Positions 1-8,436 of a DNA stretch of 64,000 nt are shown piece by piece. A model generated the notes under the pieces. That model worked only from the letters and a program-made list of their open reading frames with translations. It did no database searches and had not been told where the DNA came from. The stretch comes from an uncultured Gammaproteobacteria bacterium. Lineage in GTDB: Bacteria > Patescibacteriota > Microgenomatia > Levybacterales > UBA12049. Location: NCBI GenBank assembly GCA_964537895.1, contig CAZIDK010000002.1, positions 82,684-146,683 of the forward strand, written 5' to 3'. The first letter of the stretch is position 1; the number at the start of each line of letters is the position of its first letter. The translations under genes were made by a program, and so were the position numbers.

Positions 1-71
1 CATGGTCGAATATTTTATCTGAAATCGTAAGATGGTTTGTAATCATAGTTTTCTTAATCCCAACAGCAGAC

Positions 72-443
72 GTGTGGGGACTTCCAAGAATTATAACCGT
101 CTTAAATGAATTCCTAAATTATTTACCTAATGTTTTCGTGTCAGCGGTAATTGCAATGGTGGGTTTTGTTTTTGCACGACTTTCCCATGACATAATTTTA
201 GCTTCGGTAAAAGGAGTAGATTCGCAAACCGCGAGCACAATAGCATCTGTTACCAGATGGGCTATTAACGTTTTTGTAATCCTTGCTGTTTTAAGTCAGC
301 TTGGTGTTGCAACAGACTTAATAAGAATTCTGTTTACCGGTCTTGTTGCCATGCTTGCGATTGCCGGAGGAATTGCCTTTGGCTTGGGCGGACAAGGAGC
401 GGCTAAAGACGTAATAGCGAGAGTAAAGCAAAAACTTGAGTAA
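72..443 (+). CDS. Small membrane protein with two conserved TM-helix repeats (MscS-associated TM_helix-like); hypothetical
   Basis: Reading frame is open back to the window edge, so the M at 72 may be an internal start. Two hydrophobic helices, each followed by a charged segment. Confidence 0.35.
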   Translation: MWGLPRIITVLNEFLNYLPNVFVSAVIAMVGFVFARLSHDIILASVKGVDSQTASTIASVTRWAINVFVILAVLSQLGVATDLIRILFTGLVAMLAIAGGIAFGLGGQGAAKDVIARVKQKLE

Positions 444-486
444 CCAGCTTGCAAACGCTTGAGCGTAGCAATAGCGGGTATGATTG

Positions 487-515
487 TTGTCTAAATTTTG
501 AACTTAGGCTATAAT
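487..515 (+). promoter_or_regulatory. Sigma70-like promoter upstream of tRNA-Glu
   Basis: TTGTCT, 17 bp spacer, TATAAT, about 38 bp before the tRNA 5' end. Confidence 0.35.
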
Positions 516-552
516 TAGGTCGTTATAACCATTTTTTTTTGATGGGTAAAAT

Positions 553-625
553 GGCGCCATCGTCTAGCGGTTAGGACACAGGGTTTTCATCCCTGTAATC
601 GTGGGTTCGAATCCCACTGGCGTCA
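553..625 (+). tRNA. tRNA-Glu (anticodon TTC)
   Basis: Cloverleaf is readable: 7 bp acceptor GGCGCCA/TGGCGTC, anticodon stem CAGGG/CCCTG, loop TTTTCAT, T-arm GGGTTCGAATCCC. CCA is not encoded. Confidence 0.85.
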
Positions 626-663
626 CTGAAACCTAATTTGACTTCTTAGCCACAATAACTCCC

Positions 664-692
664 TTGACAGTAAGCCCTTTTAGTCCTATTAT
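664..692 (+). promoter_or_regulatory. Near-consensus sigma70 promoter
   Basis: TTGACA (664-669), exact 17 bp spacer, TATTAT (687-692). Confidence 0.45.
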
Positions 693-698
693 AGGGTT

Positions 699-762
699 GT
701 GAAAATCAGATTAAATAGCAGGAAGTTTAATCACATATAGGCCGCCTTATGGCGGTTTTTTT
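699..762 (+). ncRNA. Candidate small RNA or attenuating 5' leader, about 64 nt, bounded by the promoter at 664-692 and an intrinsic terminator
   Basis: Predicted TSS is about 699. The terminator hairpin GCCGCC-TTAT-GGCGGT is followed by seven T (741-762). No convincing ORF lies inside. Confidence 0.3.
741..762 (+). terminator. Rho-independent terminator
   Basis: GC-rich 5-6 bp stem, tetraloop, T7 tract. Confidence 0.5.
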
Positions 763-791
763 GTGATAAAAGGAAGAATATGAATGAATTT

Positions 792-863
792 GCCCGCCTA
801 AGCTCACTTTAAAGCTTTTTAGAACTATTCGTTCACGCTTTAAAGAGTGCTTGGTCGGCGGGC
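792..863. promoter_or_regulatory. Long imperfect inverted repeat in the leader of the 923 gene
   Basis: Arms gcccgcctaagctcactttaaagc and gctttaaagagtgcttggtcggcgggc. Perfect 7 bp and 8 bp blocks flank an imperfect middle; the loop is about 21 nt. Confidence 0.35.
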
Positions 864-922
864 GTAAGAAATTCTAAAACTCGCAAACTTGTTAAGAATT
901 TCTAACGAAAGGAGGTGAAAAA

Positions 923-1960
923 ATGAAAAAAATTATAACATTCTTTTCTTTTCTAGCAATATCTCTTAGTCTTTTAGTCACTCCTGCCTTTGCAGATTCT
1001 CTTTCCGTAAATTTTGAAAACCCACCCTATACATTAGGAACAATAAATTTACAGGATGGATGGACAAGTACAGGAGCAGCAGGATCAGGATGCGCTGTTT
1101 ATGACCATGCAGTAAGCGCAAGCTTAAGCACTGTCGGGTTTGGATCTCAATCTTTAAGAATCTCAAACGCAGTAACTAGTGGTTGTTTTGGAGACATGAC
1201 ATTTGCCAAACCGCTTATTAACTCGGTAGGAGAAACAGGCGCAACTGCTGGAACTTTTTCGGCGGGGACAAAACAAACTCATTTCGAAATGCAGTTTGAT
1301 ATTGCTTCAGCAATACCTGGATCACAACAGCCAGGTTTGTTTATGTCGGTATCTCCAGATAGAGGAGATGGATCTCGTATGAGCTATGTTGGATTTAAAG
1401 ATGTCGCTGGCGGAATAGATATGATCTTCTATGACGTTCAGGGTACAGGTAATCCGGCAAATTTTGTTCTGACGGACTTAGGCACATACACAAGAACTCC
1501 CCATACGGTAAAACTTGTGATGGATGTAGTCGACGGTCCTTCAAATGACGTAGTTAAAGTTTATGTTGATGGCGTTCTCAAGCACACAGGGACAAGCTGG
1601 GAAAACTATTACAGATTCGATAGCGAAGCATCTGTGGAACAATCTGTAAGGATTGTTAAAACAGCAATTTTTAGAACAGGGGGAACAGCAGCGCCGGCAA
1701 CAGCGGGAAATGGTTATTTAGTAGATAACTTTTCCACGCTTTCCGGACCTGTTTTAGTTGGTCCGCCAACTAATAAAGACCAATGTAAGAAAGATGGATG
1801 GAAAACATTCAACAATCCTACATTTAAAAACCAAGGTCAGTGCATAAAATATGTGGAAAATCATAAAGATGATGACCACGATAATGACAGAGATGATCAC
1901 GGAAAAAATAATGATGATGATCATCGCGGAGAAAATGAAAATCACGGAGAACGTGATTGA
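923..1960 (+). CDS. Secreted hypothetical protein with Sec signal peptide and acidic His/Asp-rich C-terminal tail
   Basis: Strong SD aaggaggtgaaaaaATG. N-terminus is MKKIITFFSFLAISLSLLVTPAFA; the C-terminal roughly 45 aa are a D/H/N/E low-complexity tail. Confidence 0.6.
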   Translation: MKKIITFFSFLAISLSLLVTPAFADSLSVNFENPPYTLGTINLQDGWTSTGAAGSGCAVYDHAVSASLSTVGFGSQSLRISNAVTSGCFGDMTFAKPLINSVGETGATAGTFSAGTKQTHFEMQFDIASAIPGSQQPGLFMSVSPDRGDGSRMSYVGFKDVAGGIDMIFYDVQGTGNPANFVLTDLGTYTRTPHTVKLVMDVVDGPSNDVVKVYVDGVLKHTGTSWENYYRFDSEASVEQSVRIVKTAIFRTGGTAAPATAGNGYLVDNFSTLSGPVLVGPPTNKDQCKKDGWKTFNNPTFKNQGQCIKYVENHKDDDHDNDRDDHGKNNDDDHRGENENHGERD

Positions 1961-1984
1961 TAAATCCTTGGTTTAAGATTGAAA

Positions 1985-2012
1985 AACAGGCGGTTAACCC
2001 CGTCTGTTTTTT
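1985..2012 (+). terminator. Rho-independent terminator after the secreted-protein gene
   Basis: Imperfect hairpin aacaggcgg/ccccgtctgtt followed by seven T. Confidence 0.4.
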
Positions 2013-2142
2013 GTGGGATAACTAATTTGAGTAAATTGTAACGTACTGTTCGAAAGTAGCCATATCTGGTTCACCGAGTCAAACTCGGCTTCGCTGAAAA
2101 TGTGAGATTTCAAAACAATCCTTGGGGGTGGAAAGCTAGATT

Positions 2143-2403
2143 TTACTGTGTTGGAGATTCTAATTTTGTGATTCTTTTCTCGTGATTGTCTACCTCTTCA
2201 CGTATCTCTCTTGTTTGATGAGCTCCAATTGTGTTTTCTTCACGCATGGTCTCAAGTTCTTTCATAACCCCATCCAAACCATTTAAAATTTCATCTCTAT
2301 ACTTCTTGCTTTTTTCATCTAATGCTTTAAGCAGTCCATGGCGCAAATCAAACAGAGCTTCTTTTAAATCTCTTTTTGTTACGTACTTTGTAGTTTTTAT
2401 CAT
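2143..2403 (-). CDS. Small charged coiled-coil hypothetical protein
   Basis: 86 aa ORF that is K/E/R rich. No recognisable motif. Confidence 0.35.
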   Translation of the reverse strand: MIKTTKYVTKRDLKEALFDLRHGLLKALDEKSKKYRDEILNGLDGVMKELETMREENTIGAHQTREIREEVDNHEKRITKLESPTQ

Positions 2404-2458
2404 AAGTTTATATTAACAATTTTTGTTTATTATTGCAATTATAAGGCAATGGTCAATT

Positions 2459-3025
2459 TTAGTTTCCTTCGGGTTCGGGGGGTAAGAATTCTTCTCCCCC
2501 GCTGTTTTCTTCCGATTTAGTTACGTTTCCTTTTAACCATTCTATATAAGTGCATCCTGTTGCTACTCGTTTTGCGCTATCCCAGCCGGCGGTTGAACAC
2601 TTTTTCATTCTTTTCCCTGCATTTGTAGTGAAAATTACAAGCGGTTTGCCGCACTCCGGACATTCTTCGTCTGATTTTTCCGTTGTGCCATTAATCCACT
2701 CCACAAAATCACAGCCAACGGCTTTTTTTGTTTCCTTGTCCCAGCTGCCGGCACTGCATTTTTTCATTTTTTTGCCAAATCGTGTAAATTGCATTACAAG
2801 AGGAGATCCGCATTTTGGACATTTTTCGTCCAAAATTTCAGGCTCAATGGCTATCCATTTAACATAATCGCAGCCTTCATTTTGTCTCGTTTCCTTATTC
2901 CAGCTGCCTTTAGAACAGCGCTGCAGCTTACGTCCTGTTGAGGTTTCAGTAATTTCTCCTAAAGGAGAACCGCATTTCGGACACAAATCTTTAGTCATAA
3001 AATATAGAATATATGATTTAAACAT
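2459..3025 (-). CDS. YrdD-like protein with three tandem topoisomerase-type C4 zinc ribbons
   Basis: Three copies of the motif CPKCGSPL...C(S)..GSW(N/D)KETR...GC(D)(Y/F)V(K/E)WI, about 50 aa apart. Confidence 0.55.
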   Translation of the reverse strand: MFKSYILYFMTKDLCPKCGSPLGEITETSTGRKLQRCSKGSWNKETRQNEGCDYVKWIAIEPEILDEKCPKCGSPLVMQFTRFGKKMKKCSAGSWDKETKKAVGCDFVEWINGTTEKSDEECPECGKPLVIFTTNAGKRMKKCSTAGWDSAKRVATGCTYIEWLKGNVTKSEENSGGEEFLPPEPEGN

Positions 3026-3139
3026 AAAATGAAAGACGCAATTTTATTTGTATAATCTTATAGATATTTTTTAGAATAGACTACGTGCTTAAAGTACATA
3101 TATGCCAATATTGACCTCTTTTGACCTACTTTTACTCTA

Positions 3140-3168
3140 TTGACAAAGGCTATTCAGGAGTATAAAAT
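3140..3168 (+). promoter_or_regulatory. Sigma70-like promoter
   Basis: TTGACA (3140-3145), 17 bp spacer, TAAAAT (3163-3168). Two further TTGACC motifs lie just upstream (about 3111 and 3121). Confidence 0.4.
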
Positions 3169-3174
3169 GATTTT

Positions 3175-3254
3175 TACCTTCAGATACGCAAGTATCAAAA
3201 AGGCAGGAAACCTAGCAATAGGTGACCCGGAAAGACCCCGCAAGGGGTTTTTTT
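3175..3254 (+). ncRNA. Candidate small RNA or riboswitch-like leader, about 80 nt, between the promoter and an intrinsic terminator
   Basis: Ends at the hairpin ACCCCGCAAGGGGT (GCAA tetraloop) followed by a T7 tract. The only ORF inside is 19 codons and overlaps the -10 element. The next gene starts about 90 nt further downstream. Confidence 0.3.
3234..3254 (+). terminator. Rho-independent terminator with GNRA tetraloop
   Basis: Stem CCCC/GGGG, extended by A-T, then tttttttg. Confidence 0.55.
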
Positions 3255-3346
3255 GCGGCTAAAACACTTTTACCTTCATTAAGCTGAAGCTAATCTAACG
3301 ACTATAGGTTGACACAGGGAATGCATTAAGTTATAATAAAAATACT

Positions 3347-4087
3347 ATGGGCGAAAAAACAGGACATAGTCCTTCACGCAGAGAAATTCCTGCACCAATG
3401 AAGATGGATTTCAAAGATTTTGTGCAAGGAATGAATGCTTTAGGAGATCCAAGAGGCATTTTTGTCGTAGACGAAGACAAATTATTCGTCGCAAGAAGAC
3501 CGGAAACAGTAGTTCCGGGACAAGAATATAGTGTTACCAGACAATATTACAGACCATCGGACAATTTTTCCGCTCACGATCTGAAGGCCGAAATTGAACT
3601 TATTTTTGACGGTAAATCCCCGGCTCGGCTAAAACATGTTCTGTTGGAAGCTAAAAACGAGAGAGACCTCTTCAGCATTAGAGTAGGAGATGGAATAGAA
3701 ATACTCGCTGGAGTAGCAGGTTCCACGCTGGATATTAAATACAAGCCTACGGGAGAATTAGAGAGTGTTGTAATAGCCGGGCCAAACGGAGATCATCAGA
3801 AGCGTAAGTTCACCTGGCAAGCTTTAGAGAAAATGCGGATGGCAGGGGAAGAAACAGCTGCTATTTCAATTATTGCCCGTTCGGATTTTCAAAGAGCGTC
3901 TGTACCGCTTAAAATAGACCCGCATTTTTCTGAGCTGGTTTTAGTTAGTGACTTAGTGAGTAATCCTATGACCAGTAATACAAGACTTGATAGTCCTTGG
4001 ATAAATGCGAATTGGCAAGAATTGCTTCGAATTGACTGGAAACATGGTTTTAACCCCGTTAGTATTCGTGACGCCGTAAGGTTGTAA
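3347..4087 (+). CDS. Hypothetical protein
   Basis: 246 aa ORF with typical coding composition. No recognised motifs. Confidence 0.45.
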   Translation: MGEKTGHSPSRREIPAPMKMDFKDFVQGMNALGDPRGIFVVDEDKLFVARRPETVVPGQEYSVTRQYYRPSDNFSAHDLKAEIELIFDGKSPARLKHVLLEAKNERDLFSIRVGDGIEILAGVAGSTLDIKYKPTGELESVVIAGPNGDHQKRKFTWQALEKMRMAGEETAAISIIARSDFQRASVPLKIDPHFSELVLVSDLVSNPMTSNTRLDSPWINANWQELLRIDWKHGFNPVSIRDAVRL

Positions 4088-4127
4088 AAAATAAGTTAAT
4101 TGTTTTTGCTGTACAATATACACCTAC

Positions 4128-5291
4128 ATGAAGCTTCCTATTAAGTATATAGCCATAATAGCTTCTTTTTTAATATTAAATTTCTTATTCATAAAAAACT
4201 CATATGCAGTTTACGACCCAACATCCAAAACCAACAATATTGTGGGAATTCACATTTTATTTCCCAGCGAACTGGCAGAAGCTGCAAAATTAGTTAATTC
4301 TACGGGCGGAGATTGGGGCTACGTTACAATTCCAATTCAGGCATCAGACAAAGACTTAGTAAAATGGCAGGGTTTTATGGATGATAGCCGAAAATTTCAC
4401 TTAATTCCCATTATAAGACTTGCTACTAGCGGAGATTATTTTAACACTGTATCTTGGTCTAAGCCTACGGATAGTGATGTTTTAGATTTTGCCAATTTTT
4501 TAAACGCTCTTAATTGGCCTACCAAAAATAGGTATGTTGTGATTTATAACGAACCAAACAGGGGTGATGAATGGGGCGGAGCTCCCGATCCTGCGGGGTA
4601 CGCGGAAATATTAAGTTATGCCGCTGACGTTTTTAAGCAAAGAAGCGATGAGTTTTTTATTATTTCCGCAGGACTTGATAATGCGTCGGCTAATATTGCG
4701 GGACAATCGATAAACGAATACTCTTTTATAAGACAAGTGAATAACGCAGTGCCCGGAGTGTTTGGGAAAATTGACGGCCTGGCCAGTCATTCGTATCCAA
4801 ATCCCGGGTTTTCAGAGCCTCCTTCGGCATACGGATATCAAGGAATAGCCAGCTTTAAGTACGAACAGAGTCTGGTGCAAAGCTTGGAAGGCAAACTTCT
4901 GCCGGTTTTTATTACGGAAACGGGGTGGACGGATACTCAAATTCCGGAATCTGTTCAATCGGAATACTACAGGAGCGCATTTACCTCGATTTGGAACGAC
5001 AAAAATGTTATTGCGGTTACTCCTTTTTTGCTTCGGGCAGGAACGGGTCCTTTCGCCCAATTTTCTTTTATCAAAGACGAGCAGGAAAAACGAAATAAGT
5101 ATAAAACGCTACAAAATTTGCAAAAAAACAAAGGAGAGCCGGTACTAAACGAATACTCATTAACCAAGGGTTCGAACGCTGTAGAAAACGACTTTCCATT
5201 AGACAGGTTTACCAAAAGTATAAAGCAGAATTACACGGCGACTGTTTCAAAGGCAGCAAAAAATTTTATGAAATGGCTTCTAAACATTTAG
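4128..5291 (+). CDS. Secreted glycoside hydrolase, clan GH-A-like (TIM-barrel retaining glycosidase)
   Basis: N-terminal signal or TM anchor. Has an acid/base-type NEP motif (VVIYNEPNRGDEWGG) and a nucleophile-type TE-G motif (VFITETGWTD) at the expected spacing. Confidence 0.45.
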   Translation: MKLPIKYIAIIASFLILNFLFIKNSYAVYDPTSKTNNIVGIHILFPSELAEAAKLVNSTGGDWGYVTIPIQASDKDLVKWQGFMDDSRKFHLIPIIRLATSGDYFNTVSWSKPTDSDVLDFANFLNALNWPTKNRYVVIYNEPNRGDEWGGAPDPAGYAEILSYAADVFKQRSDEFFIISAGLDNASANIAGQSINEYSFIRQVNNAVPGVFGKIDGLASHSYPNPGFSEPPSAYGYQGIASFKYEQSLVQSLEGKLLPVFITETGWTDTQIPESVQSEYYRSAFTSIWNDKNVIAVTPFLLRAGTGPFAQFSFIKDEQEKRNKYKTLQNLQKNKGEPVLNEYSLTKGSNAVENDFPLDRFTKSIKQNYTATVSKAAKNFMKWLLNI

Positions 5292-5308
5292 GATTTGTGC
5301 TATAATTT

Positions 5309-5881
5309 TTGTCTGTCCCCTATTCCGGAAAAAATCAAATGAAAAATTATTTAAATATGGAAAGTTTAGAAATAGACAAGCAAACTTTCCAAAGCTTAAC
5401 GCACGGAAGTTTAATGGTTGAAGAAATAATTGAATTAATCAGGTTTTTTTTGGAAGAGAACCCTAATGCGGAGTACAGCCTTGTAATTGGTACTGATTCA
5501 CACGAAAAAAACGGAACCCCAAACGGCACTCCCAAGAAAATAAACTTAGTAACGGCCGTTTTAATTCATAGAAAAGGGTTTGGCGGAAAATACTTTTGGA
5601 TTAGGAAGGAAGTTGGCAACATTTATTCGTTAAGAGACAAGATTTACGCTGAAACCATCACGTCTTTAAATTTTGCCGGCGCTTTTGTCCCCCTTCTTAA
5701 AAAAGGCTTAAATGGACACTCGCCTAATTATAATTTGGAAATTCATGTTGATGTAGGAGAACACGGCGATACTCGGGACATGATAAAAGAGGTTGTCGGA
5801 ATGGTTACGGGCAATGGTTTTGTAGCTAAGACTAAGCCCGACGCATACGGGGCGTCTTACGTTGCAGATAAACATACCTGA
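5309..5881 (+). CDS. DUF458 / YkuK-like RNase H-fold protein
   Basis: Motifs LVIGTDSH...VTAVLIHRKG...LEIHVDVGEHGDT are typical of this family. Confidence 0.45.
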   Translation: MSVPYSGKNQMKNYLNMESLEIDKQTFQSLTHGSLMVEEIIELIRFFLEENPNAEYSLVIGTDSHEKNGTPNGTPKKINLVTAVLIHRKGFGGKYFWIRKEVGNIYSLRDKIYAETITSLNFAGAFVPLLKKGLNGHSPNYNLEIHVDVGEHGDTRDMIKEVVGMVTGNGFVAKTKPDAYGASYVADKHT

Positions 5882-5904
5882 ACTTAGGAATCAGCAACTA
5901 GCCT

Positions 5905-5939
5905 CTAGCAACTAGTTCGAACTGATGGCTAATTGCTAG
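5905..5939. promoter_or_regulatory. Nested palindrome in the DUF458 / HExxH intergenic region
   Basis: Outer arms CTAGCAA/TTGCTAG enclose the perfect 10 bp palindrome AGTTCGAACT. Confidence 0.3.
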
Positions 5940-5956
5940 TAGCTAAATGCTAATTT

Positions 5957-6349
5957 ATGAAGAGTCAAAAACTGGAATGGGAAGAAGCAAACGAAGTTAA
6001 AAAAGATATTGAAAATATAGTTACCGTCTTAGGTTTTTCTCATATAAATTCTGCTAGAATCTTTTGCTACAGAACAAACGGTTCAAAATCAAGATCATAC
6101 GCCAGAATTTGGGCATTTCCTAAAATTTTTCAAACGGCTTTAAAAACAGAACCGGCTTATGTAATTGAAGTTTTGGCTAAATATTTTGATAAACTGGACA
6201 CTGATAAACAAAAACAAGTTTTAATTCATGAACTATTGCATATTCCCAAGAATTTTTCAGGTGCTCTGCTTCCCCATAGAGGCAGAAATAGGCATTTAGA
6301 GAAAAATGCTTCGCAGCTATTCAAAGATTACAAAAAATTAGCAAAATAA
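5957..6349 (+). CDS. Small HExxH metallohydrolase-like protein (possibly YgjP/DUF45-like)
   Basis: Motif VLIHELLHIP with a downstream His (LLPHRG). Confidence 0.35.
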   Translation: MKSQKLEWEEANEVKKDIENIVTVLGFSHINSARIFCYRTNGSKSRSYARIWAFPKIFQTALKTEPAYVIEVLAKYFDKLDTDKQKQVLIHELLHIPKNFSGALLPHRGRNRHLEKNASQLFKDYKKLAK

Positions 6350-6351
6350 AT

Positions 6352-7044
6352 ATGATAACCATAATCCACGGCGACGACGTCGCAAGCTCAAGAAATTACT
6401 ACGTAGACAAACGGCAGGCATCTCAAAGCCCGGTAATTTTAGATGGCGGTAAGTTTAGCCTTTCGGATTTAATGCAGAGTTTGGAAGGCGGGTCTTTATT
6501 TAATGAAGAAAAAAATATTTTTATTGAGAACTTTTTTTCATCCAAGAAAGCCAACACCAACTTCAAAGAAATCGTTATCTACATTGAAGAACAGGCTTCT
6601 AAAGCAAGTATATTCTTTTGGGAAAATTCCGAATTATCAAAAACAGAATTAACGACTTTTAAAAAAACTACAGCAAAATTATTTAAAATTCCTCAAAATT
6701 TGTTCGGATTTTTAGATAACATAAAACCCGGAAATACAGACAGTATTAAACAATTTCATGAACTGCTTAATCAAACAGCCGAAGAATTAATATTCTTTAT
6801 GATTGTAAGACAATTTAGACTTCTCCTGGCAGTATCGGATCCTGATGCAGAAAATGCAATAGATGAGGTTAAAAGACTTGCTCCCTGGCAAACGGGTAAA
6901 CTTAAAAGTCAGGCAAAGCTTTTCGGGCCGGAAAAATTAATAGCAATATACAAAAGACTGCACGAAATAGATTCCGACAGCAAGACCGGGAAATCGGCAA
7001 CTTCGCTAACCCAAACCATTGACTTTTTCCTCCTCGATTTATAA
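6352..7044 (+). CDS. holA: DNA polymerase III delta subunit-like (short form)
   Basis: N-terminus ITIIHGDD and a C-terminal helical region resemble delta. At 230 aa it is short for the family. Confidence 0.4.
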   Translation: MITIIHGDDVASSRNYYVDKRQASQSPVILDGGKFSLSDLMQSLEGGSLFNEEKNIFIENFFSSKKANTNFKEIVIYIEEQASKASIFFWENSELSKTELTTFKKTTAKLFKIPQNLFGFLDNIKPGNTDSIKQFHELLNQTAEELIFFMIVRQFRLLLAVSDPDAENAIDEVKRLAPWQTGKLKSQAKLFGPEKLIAIYKRLHEIDSDSKTGKSATSLTQTIDFFLLDL

Positions 7045-7053
7045 GATATTGTA

Positions 7054-8436
7054 ATGAATATCGATACAGGTATTTTTAAATCATACGATATCCGCGCAAT
7101 TTACCCCGACCAAATAAACGAACAAAACATAGCTGAAATCATAAAAGCTATTTATAAATTTTTTACCACAAAAATAACTAAAGAAAATTTTACAGTGGCT
7201 TTGGCAAGAGATATGCGTATTTCCTCTCCCGCTTTCTACAAAATTGCAATTGAAACATTAGTATCCATGGGAGCGAACGTTATAGATATGGGTCTTATGT
7301 CTACCCCTACGTTTTATTTTGCTGTATTTAATTATAAATATGATTGCGGAATTCAGATTACTGCTTCTCACAATCCGAAAGAATACAACGGAGCAAAGTT
7401 TGTTATGTATGGACCAAAAGGACTTATCAAAATCGGTAAACAAACCGGCATGGAAGATATAAAAAATTATGCAATTTCGGGCGTTGATTTGCCAACAGAT
7501 AAAAAAGGCACCGTAACTGTAAAAACTCATGTCCTAGAAGACGAGGTTGAGAATGCCGCTAAAATTTTGGGAAATCCGCAAATTAAAAAATTTAAAATAG
7601 TAGCAGATCCTGCAAATGCGATGGGCGGAACGTATATTGATGCGTTCGTAGAAAAATATCCTACGGATTTGGTACGGATGAATTTTGAACTGGATGGCAC
7701 ATTTCCGGTTCACCAGCCGGATCCATTTCAACCAAAAAATCTTGTTGATTTGCAAAAAAGAGTCTTGGAAGAAAAAGCGGATTTAGGCCTTGCCCCCGAC
7801 GGAGACGGAGACAGACTTTTCTTTATCGACGAAAAAGGACAAGCTGTTCCGCCAACAATAATTACAGCTCTTGTAGCCAGAGAACTATTTAAAGAATATC
7901 CGGGATCAATGGTGCTTTTTGATATTAGGTATATCCTTACTCCCAAAAAAATTATTGAAGAAAATGGAGGGAAATATGGAATAACAAAAGTAGGACATGC
8001 GTTTATTACGGAACAAATGGGGAAAACAGGGGCTATATTTGCGGGAGAATCTTCTGCTCATTATTATTTTAAGGCAACCGGTAATGCCGAATCTCAAGTA
8101 ACAATAATGTTAGTCGTACTAAAAGTTTTAGGTGAATTAGGCAAACCATTTTCCGAAGTTGTAAAGGATTTACAAAAAAGCTTTGAATCGGGTGAAATTA
8201 ATTTTAAAGTCTCTAATGCAAAAGATATTATTGAGTCAATTAAAAACGACTACAAAGACGGAGAATTATCGGAACTGGATGGAATTGCAATTTCTTATCC
8301 GACATGGAGATTGAGTGTCAGAACTTCAAATACGGAACCTCTTTTAAGATTAAACGTTGAGGGTTATAATAAGGACGAAATGCAAAAACACAGAGACGAA
8401 TTAATTGATACAATCAAAGCATTGGGACATGAATGA
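7054..8436 (+). CDS. Phosphomannomutase/phosphoglucomutase (alpha-D-phosphohexomutase)
   Basis: Active-site Ser loop TASHNP and the metal-binding motif DGDGDR are both present. Confidence 0.8.
   Translation: MNIDTGIFKSYDIRAIYPDQINEQNIAEIIKAIYKFFTTKITKENFTVALARDMRISSPAFYKIAIETLVSMGANVIDMGLMSTPTFYFAVFNYKYDCGIQITASHNPKEYNGAKFVMYGPKGLIKIGKQTGMEDIKNYAISGVDLPTDKKGTVTVKTHVLEDEVENAAKILGNPQIKKFKIVADPANAMGGTYIDAFVEKYPTDLVRMNFELDGTFPVHQPDPFQPKNLVDLQKRVLEEKADLGLAPDGDGDRLFFIDEKGQAVPPTIITALVARELFKEYPGSMVLFDIRYILTPKKIIEENGGKYGITKVGHAFITEQMGKTGAIFAGESSAHYYFKATGNAESQVTIMLVVLKVLGELGKPFSEVVKDLQKSFESGEINFKVSNAKDIIESIKNDYKDGELSELDGIAISYPTWRLSVRTSNTEPLLRLNVEGYNKDEMQKHRDELIDTIKALGHE

Noticed and set aside
1754-1945. 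63 aa minus-strand ORF (IIIIIFSVIISVIIVVII...)
   Set aside because: It is the antisense reading of the D/H-rich codon repeats of the secreted protein tail, and its hydrophobic composition is an artefact.
2550-2867. 105 aa plus-strand ORF
   Set aside because: It lies fully antisense to the triple zinc-ribbon gene, whose repeated Cys-motif structure gives clear coding evidence on the other strand.
3190-3254. SRP RNA-like motif (gacccggaaagacc) in the candidate sRNA
   Set aside because: It does not match the conserved domain IV consensus (GGUCCGGAAGGAAGCAGCC) beyond a CCGGAA core, and the RNA is too short for 4.5S.
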